64,000 nt of DNA from a phage. Both the position numbers and the translations under genes were made by a program. Under the pieces are notes generated by a model. The model saw only the letters and a list, made by a program, of their open reading frames with translations, did not search any database and was not told where the DNA came from. Positions 54,458-64,000 of the stretch are shown piece after piece; within the stretch, counting starts at the first letter, position 1, and each line of letters opens with the position of its first letter. The stretch lies in the sequence record NC_135728.1. One strand, written 5' to 3'.

Positions 54458-56881
54458 ATGGTAATAAATAATACGACGAACACCTTCATCGTACCACCCA
54501 CGCTTCACCATTTGGTGGTGCATGAGTATCCCAACTAAGTCACACAGCGATGCACCACCATTTTGTTGGTATGCATTAAGTAAAGAGTGTTTAGATCTGG
54601 TCCAGATAGCATGACCATCGAAAGAGTAGATAAACTTCTTACCTGTTGCTTCCCAGAATTTCTCCAGATCCTCTTTGCGCCCCTTAAGACCGGGGTTGGC
54701 ATCCCAAAGTGCATCTATTACCCTTTGCCCCAACTCTGGAGAGATGTCCAACATATCTGCAACTTTATCTTTTTGTGCCCCGTACATAACACCATACGTG
54801 ATAGGTTTACCGTCGTTACGGGACACCTCTCTGCCTGCTACTTTTGTATATGCCTCGGCATTGTTTTGGTGTGCGTCTCCGTTACTTACAACATCATAAT
54901 ACAGGCCGTTGTCGAACTCAAAGGCACCCCAAGCCCCGATAAGCTGCTCTAAGTTGGACCCGTCAATACCGATCTGAAAGTATCCGGGAGGAACACCCCA
55001 TAGACTACGCATCTCTTTACCCATAACCACTTTAGGAGATGGTTTAGGCATGTTTGCACAAATACTGTGTTTCTGTCTGGAAGTGTTTGTTAGCCCAGAA
55101 CTTTTAGCAGGAAGCTTATGGTCAATCTTCAAACGTGGGTGATTAAGAAGACCAGTATCAACCTTATCCTCCTTGATTGGGTCAAGGACCGATCTGCGGT
55201 TTCGCAATGATAACCACAAGACGATATCTTTAGCCATCTCTCCGTTCAATTTTTCAAGATTCGGACACAGGTGTCCAAACGTATCTTTCAGTTGCGGAGA
55301 AGTAATAAGTGCCCTGGCTTTTCTACGTATTTTCCCGAACACTTCCTTTTTAATCCTTTCGGAGTTAGGAAAGCTTCGGAACTTGTGCACGGTTGTCTGG
55401 AACTTAGCATCAGTTTTGTTCCAGAAGTTGATAATTAGGTCACAATACTCTGACTCTAAAAGCTCGTCCATATAAGCATATACTCGTGCATCAACATCTG
55501 CATCAGGTAGAGCTTTCTTCTTGCTGTCTTTAGTTACATCCTTAGTTCTCCACATTGTCGGGAGCCAGCCAGCGCTGATCAGATACCGCTTAATGTCGTC
55601 CTGATTGCTGATTTTCATAGGTATCTTGCAGTCCGGCATTCGCTTCTGCTGTAGATCACTTATTGCCTGATCCATCAGCTCTTTAGGCAAAGGGTGTGGT
55701 GTGGAAGTTCCCTTAATATAGCCTCTCAAGAAATCAGCCATCTTATCGGGGTCTTTGCAGCCCATCTCTTCACACCATTTTATCCCCATCTTGCTGACAT
55801 CCCCTGTAGAGGTAAATGCTCTCTTAGGCGGGGCTTTGAACTCTAAAGCGCTCATGTCTACAGGATAGCCAAGCTTATCTTTTAACCATTTCCAACCATT
55901 ATTAGAGATTGTCCCGTCTTGGTTAAACGGCTTTTCAGGGAACTTGGGCCGCTGAGACATTGACAGCTCTTTTAAAGGCAGTTGTGGTTCAACACGATCA
56001 GCTATTTCTTTCATCCACGCATCGCAACGGTCACGTAAAGCAATAGCTCCATCTATGTCGAAGTATACACCCTGACGGGCCTGCAGCTCCATCAGGAAGT
56101 GCTGCAGCATGCCTCGACGTAATGCGTTCTTCCAGGTGATCTTCTTGAACCCTTTCGGCTTCTCTTTGGCAGGATCGTACATAAAGTTCTGCATGTCAGA
56201 TTTGCCGTAGAATACACCTTTTGATTCCGCTACCAGCTCTTTCCAGAGCAGCTCCTGGATGATAACGTCCTCGAATACACGATCCACATACTTCCACAAC
56301 GGGAGATCGCGCCAGTCATCAATTTGAACTTTCTGGTTACCAAGGGCGTAGCCCCATGCCATAAGACCGTGAGGTCCAACAGGCTGCATTTTCTTAGTAA
56401 CCGGGTTAAATACTGAGTCTGGACAACCTTTTGGCAAAGGTCGGTCAGGCCACAAAATTCGGCTCATAGCCAATGTATCAAACAGATTAACCTGGTGGTC
56501 GTTGATAGTCCCCATACACTTAGGATCACGGAACATATCAAAATGAATACCGGACAATCTCTCCATCAGCATAAAGTCGTAGCTGTAGCAGTTGTGGCAG
56601 TTCAAAGCTGTGGGTGACCAGTCAGAATTGCCTGTAAGCCAACCTTCCAACTCTGAAAAATCTGCTATGCGAACTTCAAAATCTTTATAAAGAGTTTTCT
56701 TTGCCAGAATAAAGTTCTTAGCCTTCTCTATATCCTCTTCAGAGTAGTGTGTGCGGTCATTTAGAGGAAGGAACAGCATAAAACGGTTCTTATTCAGCTC
56801 TTTAAACAAGCCGCAGTGATAATAAAGATCTAGGTCTTCTAGTAAACCAGAGGCCTCCAGGTCGAAAGACCACATACTCAT
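54458..56881 (-). CDS. DNA polymerase (family A), exon 1
   Basis: 3'-5' exo motif FDLEASGL; polymerase motif A-like QIGIDGSNLEQ; motif B KPITYGVMYGA; ORF stops one codon after YYH, just before the expected HDE. Confidence 0.8.
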
Positions 56882-56939
56882 ATACAGTTCTCCTTAAAGG
56901 GGAGGCGGTTGTACTACCCCTCCCACTCTTGGTTAAACA

Positions 56940-59018
56940 TTAAAAAGGTGTTTCATCGTCTTCAAAACCGGGAACAGGGTCAGAGGACGGATCATCATAC
57001 GGAAGGTCTTCTTGTGTGTCAACAGGGTTAACAGTAGGAGTTACAACCTTATCAGCCACAACCCTACCTACAGGTGTTTCTACAACTGCGTGCTCTTGAT
57101 CCTCAAACATAGCTTGAGGTCTCCAAACAACCTCCCCACCTTCTCCGTCTGTGAACATCTGCATTTCTTTGTCCCAGTACCAGTTGCTGGCATCATGGAA
57201 CTTACCTGTGTGGGGATCCATAACTAAGGTATCCGCAATGCCTAACGTTTTTGCTGGGCGGTTTTTAAGACCTACCAGTCGGACACGTCCACGGGAACGA
57301 TCCACCATCTCTTCTGCCTCCACCCCAACAACTACCCAGCTAAGTTGCTCCAATCCGGCACTACCCCGAAGGTTCTCTTTTCGTACAGGATACCAGAAAG
57401 GTAACGGATTCCCATCCTTGTCCTTTGGAGGCACAATCTCTGTGCGTTTCAGGTGAGCGATCACCAAGATAAATACATTAAACTGCTTACAGAACGCGGC
57501 TAGTTGGGTCATAGCCATGTCCAGCTCTTTTCGCTCATCCTTAACATTAAGCCCTGAAATTACCATGGACAGGTGATCCAGCACAATATAACGGCAGTGA
57601 TACAGACACACCATTTGTTTAAGCTTAGTGATCAACTCATCTACAGGAATAGACCCAAAATGCTTGAACACTTTGATTTTTCCCGCCTTGGCCCAAGATT
57701 GGTGAATCTCAGCATGCTCCTGATCAGTCAGGAACTGACTAGGGTCTTCAACAAACTCTTTAACATCAAACCCCAACTGGTTGGCGTATAGAGAGTTAAT
57801 TGCTTCCTCAGGGTCCTCTTCAAGGTGAATCAGACACAGGCGATCATCCTCTTCATAATCATCGGCTTTAGGGCATGTAGGATCCATCAAGTATTTTGCA
57901 ATGCAGTGTTCTAGTTTCTTGGCTACAGTTGTTTTACCACCGCCAGATGGGCCTGTCAGCATCATCAAGGTGCCTTTGTGAAGTCCTTTCAGCATCTTCT
58001 GCAATTTAGGGAACTCCGCGCTGATATCTACGCCATTAGAAGTCTTCTTACGAAGAGATTCAATGGAGAAGTCTTCTAAATCAGATACAGCATCAGGCAC
58101 ATATTTGACTGGGTGACGGAACATGTTGACAATATCTTCCAGCTTTTTAGCCTTCAGCATGTCACGGATATCTTTTACACCGTCAGGGTCGTTTACCTCA
58201 CTGGGGTATTCCACGTGGTAAACGTTATCAGCCATCAAAAATGCCGCGATATTATGTGTGGCTTCAACACCTTTGATAACGTGTTTTTGCTTCTCTACCT
58301 CGTTAGCTGCATCGTTGTCCATTGCAAGGACCACTGTTCCGTAGCTACGGATAAATTTCTCATTGTTTGCAAAAGTATCTACTGCGTTTGCACATCCACA
58401 GTTAATTCCAACAAAAGGCAGGCAGGGTTTTCCTGCCAGATCACCCCCGTTGATAACTGCATCGATCCCGTCCTGGACCTCTTTAGCCCACTGTTTCACC
58501 TTTGCCGGGGCTTTAGCGTTGGTGAGAATCCCTTTTACTTGTATCTGATATGCAGCCTGCCATGCTGCAATAACATCGCCTTCCCCCTCACAAACGTTAA
58601 TCTGCTTACGGTTGTTAGAAGATGCACACAGCTTTTGCCCAAACATTTGGGAGTTAGCCTTTACGATCCCAACCGTCGTAAAGTGCCCACGTTGCTCTTT
58701 GGGGATCGTCCAGTCACGCTTTTTGAAACCGGACAGATTCCCGTAGCGGTCGTAATATGGAAAATATGTTGCAGTAACTGTCACACCGTCTTCTTGGGAC
58801 AATGCTGATCGCACACCAAAATATTGTGCAGCCATCAGACCGATATTTTGTTGTGGGACAGGGACGATTTTAGTATTTTCTAAAACAGTCTCTACAGTTT
58901 CAACCTCTTTTTCATCACGATAGTCTCGTTTCACACTTCCCCCACTTTTATACTTAGTTGCTTTCGGGTTTGGCTCACCGAAACGGTTATATGCAGATGC
59001 CATAAATTTACTTCCCAT
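56940..59018 (-). CDS. primase-helicase (TOPRIM primase plus DnaB-like helicase)
   Basis: TOPRIM-like CEGEGDVIAAW in N-terminal half; Walker A MLTGPSGGGKTT and Walker B-like LIHLEED in C-terminal half. Confidence 0.75.
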   Translation of the reverse strand: MGSKFMASAYNRFGEPNPKATKYKSGGSVKRDYRDEKEVETVETVLENTKIVPVPQQNIGLMAAQYFGVRSALSQEDGVTVTATYFPYYDRYGNLSGFKKRDWTIPKEQRGHFTTVGIVKANSQMFGQKLCASSNNRKQINVCEGEGDVIAAWQAAYQIQVKGILTNAKAPAKVKQWAKEVQDGIDAVINGGDLAGKPCLPFVGINCGCANAVDTFANNEKFIRSYGTVVLAMDNDAANEVEKQKHVIKGVEATHNIAAFLMADNVYHVEYPSEVNDPDGVKDIRDMLKAKKLEDIVNMFRHPVKYVPDAVSDLEDFSIESLRKKTSNGVDISAEFPKLQKMLKGLHKGTLMMLTGPSGGGKTTVAKKLEHCIAKYLMDPTCPKADDYEEDDRLCLIHLEEDPEEAINSLYANQLGFDVKEFVEDPSQFLTDQEHAEIHQSWAKAGKIKVFKHFGSIPVDELITKLKQMVCLYHCRYIVLDHLSMVISGLNVKDERKELDMAMTQLAAFCKQFNVFILVIAHLKRTEIVPPKDKDGNPLPFWYPVRKENLRGSAGLEQLSWVVVGVEAEEMVDRSRGRVRLVGLKNRPAKTLGIADTLVMDPHTGKFHDASNWYWDKEMQMFTDGEGGEVVWRPQAMFEDQEHAVVETPVGRVVADKVVTPTVNPVDTQEDLPYDDPSSDPVPGFEDDETPF

Positions 59019-59802
59019 TAATTCTGCTCCTTACCACAGGCTCGTTTGCTAAGAATACGGCTTTTGCCCAGCCACGGGGCGTGAGGCTTCGAATCATCTT
59101 CGTCCTTGCACTTTTTCCACCTAGCTTAGCGTGTTGCATGGAATACCCGCTAACCGCGTCAACTATTTGCGGGACAGGTTTTGTGGCCGGGATTATAAAT
59201 CCATTACCTATCCAGCCGCAAGTTATTTTTGGATAGGCATCGCGTGGAGCTATAAATTCAGGAAACCAAGGGTTTACATCATCCTCCGGTAAATACCCGC
59301 CATAGTCAGAAGGATGAAAACGGTAATCAGGTTTGCGCCACAGTGTGGACATAACACCTACAGGATTCTCTACATGCCACGGGCAATCGTAAATCTCTCC
59401 CAGCTCTTCCGCAACCCGAGCATCCTTTACAGCATTAATTTGGATCATAGGGTCCTTAGCCAGCTTTTTCTTAAAATGTGCAGCACCTGATACCGCTAAA
59501 TGCGTGCACGGAGGAAATGCAAGAATAAAGTCTGGAGCTGGGTACATGCAAAAAGTTTCCTGAGGGAACCATGGGTCAATCCAATAATCCACATAGTGAA
59601 TGTTGGGATGATCGGTTATCACCTCTGCATAACTGCCGTGATCAGCACCTTCTGCATTAAAGCACAGGCACAGGTACCCAGCTTTTGCCCAGTCAATGAC
59701 TGCACCACCAGACCCGTCAAATAGACTCCACACAACACCTTTGTGGTAGTGTTCTTTGTAGATAAATTTCAATTTGCTGTCTCCTAATGCAAAAAGCCCC
59801 AC
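59008..59802 (-). CDS. C5-cytosine methyltransferase-like protein (PCT variant)
   Basis: Motif I SLFDGSGGAV, motif IV AFPPCTHLAVSGA with Thr replacing the usual Gln, motif VI HVENPVG; 264 aa with no obvious target-recognition domain. Confidence 0.5.
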   Translation of the reverse strand: MGLFALGDSKLKFIYKEHYHKGVVWSLFDGSGGAVIDWAKAGYLCLCFNAEGADHGSYAEVITDHPNIHYVDYWIDPWFPQETFCMYPAPDFILAFPPCTHLAVSGAAHFKKKLAKDPMIQINAVKDARVAEELGEIYDCPWHVENPVGVMSTLWRKPDYRFHPSDYGGYLPEDDVNPWFPEFIAPRDAYPKITCGWIGNGFIIPATKPVPQIVDAVSGYSMQHAKLGGKSARTKMIRSLTPRGWAKAVFLANEPVVRSRINGK

Positions 59803-59823
59803 CCTTTCGGGCAGGGCCTAGTG

Positions 59824-60306
59824 TTAAACCCGGATACCTATTGTATACTCGGTGGATACCAATGTCAAATCTAAATTTAAAATTTCTTGCATCTCATAGT
59901 ATGCGTCCAGGGTGAGATACATTTCCCCATCCTTTTCTACATACTTGTCCAAGTGCTTGAGGCATTTCGGATAACTATCGAGTGCAGCTTTCAGACACTC
60001 AAACTCTGTGCTGTTGATGAGTCCTTCCATCTTGGCTACCCGTTCTGGGGTAACGATAGCACTGTAGTGAGATTTAGCTTCCTGAATGCAATGGGTCCAA
60101 GCATCAACTTTCTCTTCGAAAAGTCCGAAGAATTTCTTTTTGGTGAGCTTCAGATTCTTTAAGTGCTTAAGCACTCGGTTGCCGATCACAGCCACATCAC
60201 GAAACTTAAGGATCACTTTGTCGATATCTTCGCGACCTATTTTCACAAAACAGGCCTTACACATTTCAGGGGAGGAATAACCAACTTTCCACATAAAATC
60301 TGACAT
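59824..60306 (-). CDS. hypothetical protein
   Basis: 160-aa ORF with aggaga RBS. Confidence 0.5.
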   Translation of the reverse strand: MSDFMWKVGYSSPEMCKACFVKIGREDIDKVILKFRDVAVIGNRVLKHLKNLKLTKKKFFGLFEEKVDAWTHCIQEAKSHYSAIVTPERVAKMEGLINSTEFECLKAALDSYPKCLKHLDKYVEKDGEMYLTLDAYYEMQEILNLDLTLVSTEYTIGIRV

Positions 60307-60318
60307 ACCACCTTCTCC

Positions 60319-60714
60319 TTATTCCTGAAAAGCAACGATATCATATGAACTTGCAGACGATCCTAGTGAAGAATGACTCCAGTCTAGGTTATCAGAGTAG
60401 TCAGCGTACTGTGCACCACTACGTAGTTTATATTTTACCCACTTACCTGGTGCAGGGTTTTCACCACCTTCCCATACTTCCCAGTCTTCTGACAGGCCGT
60501 CCTGAGGGTAGTCATCCACCTCACTAATAATCTTAGGGTTTGGCACCAAGACCCATGCAGGCTCTTCCTTCCGGGTAAGTGTCCACACAGCGTAGGTATC
60601 TGAGCAGGCGCATGATAGCAAAGTATATCCACTATTCAGAACTTCTGCAAGCTCTTTTTCAGCATCTTCCAATTTGGTTAAGTGGTATTGGATAATCTTT
60701 ACACCTGTAATCAT
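60319..60714 (-). CDS. hypothetical protein
   Basis: 131-aa ORF. Confidence 0.45.
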   Translation of the reverse strand: MITGVKIIQYHLTKLEDAEKELAEVLNSGYTLLSCACSDTYAVWTLTRKEEPAWVLVPNPKIISEVDDYPQDGLSEDWEVWEGGENPAPGKWVKYKLRSGAQYADYSDNLDWSHSSLGSSASSYDIVAFQE

Positions 60715-61016
60715 CAGAAACCTCCAACTTCTTCAGCAAATGCAGCTGCTGTCGTCGCTGCATCCAGATAGGACTCTAGTTCACGGGCTGCACGTTTGTA
60801 AATTGAGTGGCGCATATCGTTTGGTAGTTGGTGGAAGTCCACCTCTTCACCGTTGTGGTAAACACGCACATCGGTAATTTGTCTAAATCCGTAATAGTCA
60901 ACATCAGAGTCACGGCACTCCGAGTCTGGCAACTGGACAACTGCTTGAGCTTCCACAGTAAACATATCGTCAAGTTCGAAATCGATTTCAAAAGTGTATG
61001 GTTTATAACGTTTCAT
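60714..61016 (-). CDS. hypothetical protein
   Basis: 100-aa ORF, coupled. Confidence 0.45.
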   Translation of the reverse strand: MKRYKPYTFEIDFELDDMFTVEAQAVVQLPDSECRDSDVDYYGFRQITDVRVYHNGEEVDFHQLPNDMRHSIYKRAARELESYLDAATTAAAFAEEVGGF

Positions 61017-61076
61017 CGTTTAGTGCTTCCTTAGTTTTTGTGGGGAGGAGTGCCTCCCCTTTAGACTAACATCTTA

Positions 61077-61418
61077 CTACTGAAGGTCTTCAGAGTCAAG
61101 CTCAAAAAGAATCAAACTGTGCATTCCTGCAGAGAGATCAACGCACCCTGCAATAATAAGGGTCTGATAGTAAGGTTCAGCACCCTCAATGTCTTCGTTA
61201 AAATCTACAACAAGATAGTCACCTTTGTTAAAGGTGTATTTGTCCGATGTAAACGCAAAACCTGCCCAGTCCCCGACTGCAGGATCTTTATCAACCACCT
61301 TTGTTAGCAGCAGGTCTTTTTCACGAGATCTTTTAGTAAAATCGTGAATCACAACATCCTTCTCTTCAGGAGTTGGATTGCCACACACGTAGTTAACTAT
61401 ATTTCTCCACAAACTCAT
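61077..61418 (-). CDS. hypothetical protein
   Basis: 113-aa ORF, start overlaps helicase stop. Confidence 0.45.
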   Translation of the reverse strand: MSLWRNIVNYVCGNPTPEEKDVVIHDFTKRSREKDLLLTKVVDKDPAVGDWAGFAFTSDKYTFNKGDYLVVDFNEDIEGAEPYYQTLIIAGCVDLSAGMHSLILFELDSEDLQ

Positions 61419-62785
61419 ACGTCCCCCTCTTCTGCTCTGGTTTCAAAATCTTTCCTGACAATTTTGTCTAAGTCAGGGAATGTTGTATTGTAAAACTCTA
61501 CGACTCGCGGGTCAACAATAATGTCAACTTCTCTTAGTGGACGCAACAAGTTTATTCCTTGTATTGTCTTAACTCTACTCAAAGCAACATACGTCATCCC
61601 AGGAGAGAAAGCTCCGTTCTTTCCAAGGTCCAGGTTGTAACAATCTAGCGTAAGTCCTTGACTTTTATGAGATGTTACGGCGTACCCAGATTTCAGAGGA
61701 AGTTGCCTGTATGATCCAATCACTACCCTCTCTATAAACTTCTCCATCTTCCTTTCTGCAATGTTGTATCTTTGAGATGGCTTATACTCGTTATTCTCCC
61801 ACAACCTTTGCTCTATGTCAACCTGTGTTCCATCTTCAAGCTCCACCACCACCGCCTTGTTCTTAAATTTAACAATCGTGGCACGTGTTCCGTTAACATA
61901 ATAAGGTACTTTGTGCGTCGGGTCAACATCGTTGGCGGTTATCATAACCTTCATGCCAATTTTCAACTTCATCTCCTGCTCAACTGGCAGGGTGGAGGGA
62001 AACTTACCCTTCATTTCACCAGTGTATACCTTTTCTGGGGCGTTGATGGCATCATAGAACCTTCTGTTCACTTCCTCCGCTTGTTTGTTGGTGGCGCAAA
62101 TTGTGAGAGCGTCTGTTGGTACACCGCCTTTGTAACAACGAGCATTAAGTTCTGCTACAACCTCTTTTATGCGACGACCCTCACGAACACAGTTGAGCAT
62201 TGTGGCAAATCGAATAGACTCCTGTCGGAACTGATCTACTAGGGCTATGTTGTGGAGGTCAAGCTCTTTCCAAGATTCGGTATAGCAACACAGGTCCGTA
62301 TGGTAGAAGTTGAAGTAGGCTTCCTTCTCCATAGAAGAGACAACAGGAGGTGCTTGGTAAAAATCACCAAACAATATGACCTGTATGCCTCCGAAAGGTT
62401 TGTCATTTTTTCGAAGGAAGCGGAGTTTCCTATCCATCTCTATAAACTTATCAGCACGGATCATAGAGATTTCATCGATAATTAGGATGGTAAATGCCTT
62501 GCTTTTCAAAGGCTTTGCTGTTTTTGCCCTTATTGCAGTCCAGTCCGACTCCATGCTCACACCTGCTGCAAGATCGAATGTTCGGTGTGCTGTTGCTCCA
62601 TTAACGTTTAATGCGGCTACCCCTGTCGGGGCAACCGTTATGCAAGAGTCTCCATACATGGACTGGATCATGTTGATGAGATACGTCTTCCCACAACCTG
62701 CGGGTCCTGAAACGAAGACATTCTCACCGCTCATGATTGCAATGAGGGCAGCATCTGTGCCTACGTCATACTGCCCTTTTTCCAT
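61415..62785 (-). CDS. Pif1/RecD-like (Dda-type) SF1 helicase
   Basis: Walker A VSGPAGCGKTYL, Walker B ILIIDEISM, C-terminal GMTYVALSRVKT motif typical of RecD/Pif1 family. Confidence 0.75.
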   Translation of the reverse strand: MEKGQYDVGTDAALIAIMSGENVFVSGPAGCGKTYLINMIQSMYGDSCITVAPTGVAALNVNGATAHRTFDLAAGVSMESDWTAIRAKTAKPLKSKAFTILIIDEISMIRADKFIEMDRKLRFLRKNDKPFGGIQVILFGDFYQAPPVVSSMEKEAYFNFYHTDLCCYTESWKELDLHNIALVDQFRQESIRFATMLNCVREGRRIKEVVAELNARCYKGGVPTDALTICATNKQAEEVNRRFYDAINAPEKVYTGEMKGKFPSTLPVEQEMKLKIGMKVMITANDVDPTHKVPYYVNGTRATIVKFKNKAVVVELEDGTQVDIEQRLWENNEYKPSQRYNIAERKMEKFIERVVIGSYRQLPLKSGYAVTSHKSQGLTLDCYNLDLGKNGAFSPGMTYVALSRVKTIQGINLLRPLREVDIIVDPRVVEFYNTTFPDLDKIVRKDFETRAEEGDV

Positions 62786-63990
62786 TACGCCTCCTCGTAG
62801 ATAATGTCGATGATGTTACCATCACGGTCAACTACGTATTCAATCGGATCGCCATCTTTGCGCGATTCCGGTGCTGCTACGATTTCGTAGCGGCATGCAC
62901 GGCACTTAGCACTGTTGTGTTGGTATGGCACACTAACCACATCCGCAGGGTCAACCATAACCATCATTACGGTGCCATAGCCAGCTGCATACTCTTTGCT
63001 GGCGCAGTGCAGGCCATAAGAACACGCAGCTTCCGGATCATCTTCTACAAAGTTACGAGGCATGGATACAAAAGCACCCTGGTATTGTGGAACTTTACCG
63101 CTGTGCCAATCCACCCACTTGCCTCCGTTAAACTGAACCCCTTTATAGCAAATGATTCGACCATCTTCTGCAACCTGGATGTCATTAGCCTGCATGAAAT
63201 CGTAGAGCATGTTCACAGATTTTGCAGACGGGTTGCGTAGCAGACGGACAAGGAATTTAACATATCGGTCGTCCAGTGTTCCATCTACATAATCTTCCTC
63301 AATTTTCTTTGCAATGGTAGATTGCATCTCTACACCGTAGTAATAGAGCTTACCATCTTTCATAATCAGGTTGTCTGCAAGTGTAGTGAACTCATTCTTG
63401 CGTTCCAACCAGACAAGGATTTCACCAATTGCCTCGTCATATTTCTGAACAGAGATATGGTCGAAGACTTTCTGGTAAACTTCTTCACTTTCACTGCGGC
63501 GAATTTCAAAAATACCTTCGTTGCAGGTGATTTGGAGAAGTTCTCCACAAATAACTACTAAAGGCTCTATGCTTCGAGTCTGTTGTTGAGAAACACTGCT
63601 TACCACCTCCAGCACCGGATCTTTGACTTCTACTGAAGGTTCTTCTGACTTGATTGCTACTCCAGTGAACCCCACACCGTGAACAACGCACAGTGGGTAT
63701 ACCACACTCCAACGTTTAACGGAACCTTCTCCTGAATCTAAGATCATGGCGTACTTACCGTTGTCTTCCAGTCCGTAGCGGAATAAACGGGCCTCTTCGC
63801 GGGTTTCAAAATCCTCACGGGTATAGCAGACACTGTCTCGGTCAGGATCAAACAGCTCTGGGGCACCTACTGCCAGTGTCCATGTTGTAGTACCTTTCTC
63901 AATAGCACATGTGAAACCCTTCTTCTCAAGTTCTGCACGGCGGTCGCGTGCTTCTTTACGAGTTTTGAAATGTTCGTAGATGAAAATCAT
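62785..63990 (-). CDS. hypothetical protein with tandem N-terminal repeat
   Basis: 401 aa; N-terminus carries two copies of an approximately 25-aa motif (FKTRKEARDRRAELEKKGF / FETREEARLFRYGLEDNGK). Confidence 0.5.
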   Translation of the reverse strand: MIFIYEHFKTRKEARDRRAELEKKGFTCAIEKGTTTWTLAVGAPELFDPDRDSVCYTREDFETREEARLFRYGLEDNGKYAMILDSGEGSVKRWSVVYPLCVVHGVGFTGVAIKSEEPSVEVKDPVLEVVSSVSQQQTRSIEPLVVICGELLQITCNEGIFEIRRSESEEVYQKVFDHISVQKYDEAIGEILVWLERKNEFTTLADNLIMKDGKLYYYGVEMQSTIAKKIEEDYVDGTLDDRYVKFLVRLLRNPSAKSVNMLYDFMQANDIQVAEDGRIICYKGVQFNGGKWVDWHSGKVPQYQGAFVSMPRNFVEDDPEAACSYGLHCASKEYAAGYGTVMMVMVDPADVVSVPYQHNSAKCRACRYEIVAAPESRKDGDPIEYVVDRDGNIIDIIYEEA

Positions 63991-64000
63991 AGCTGTCTCC

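Noticed and set aside
54452-56881. 809-aa ORF as the complete DNA polymerase
   Set aside because: It ends one codon after the His of motif C with no catalytic Asp-Glu; the downstream ORF supplies DE and the Pol I-like C-terminus, and the gap has group I intron features
58113-58808. 231-aa plus-strand ORF
   Set aside because: Lies entirely antisense within the primase-helicase gene; cysteine- and valine-rich composition typical of antisense translation
1-64000. CRISPR array
   Set aside because: No regularly spaced identical direct repeats of 25-40 bp with unique spacers; the repeats present are irregular or palindromic
1-64000. Assignment to a specific named phage (for example T5-like)
   Set aside because: Gene content fits several large virulent phage groups; without database searches the assignment would be a guess
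1-64000. Integrase, transposase or insertion sequence
   Set aside because: No tyrosine or serine recombinase or DDE transposase motifs seen in any ORF translation

Overview
This window reads as part of a large virulent tailed-phage (Caudoviricetes) genome with no host-like genes. Coordinates for CDS follow the supplied ORF track; promoters, hairpins, repeats and sub-60-aa ORFs were placed by eye and may be off by a few nt (homopolymer runs are hard to count by eye). Layout: about 32 kb of tightly packed plus-strand genes (1-31971), a roughly 2.5 kb non-coding repeat-rich region (31972-34490), then minus-strand genes (34491-64000) interrupted by a second non-coding region (44800-45886). The plus-strand block carries a nuclease group (HNH-like, FEN-type 5'-3' exonuclease, endonuclease VII-like, DEDD exonuclease), DNA methyltransferases, and a nucleotide-metabolism module (dNMP kinase, HAD phosphatase, ThyX-like, NrdA, NrdB, glutaredoxin, NrdD, NrdG, PhoH), followed by about 40 small genes, many in paralogous acidic families. 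The minus-strand block carries short early-type genes each behind a sigma70-like promoter, then a replication module: macro-domain protein, SSB with DDDIPF tail, family A DNA polymerase, primase-helicase, C5-methyltransferase-like protein and Pif1/RecD-like helicase. The main finding is that the DNA polymerase gene is split by a compact (about 276 nt) group I self-splicing intron placed inside the catalytic motif C; splicing restores YHDE. Assignment to any named phage genus could not be supported from sequence alone.
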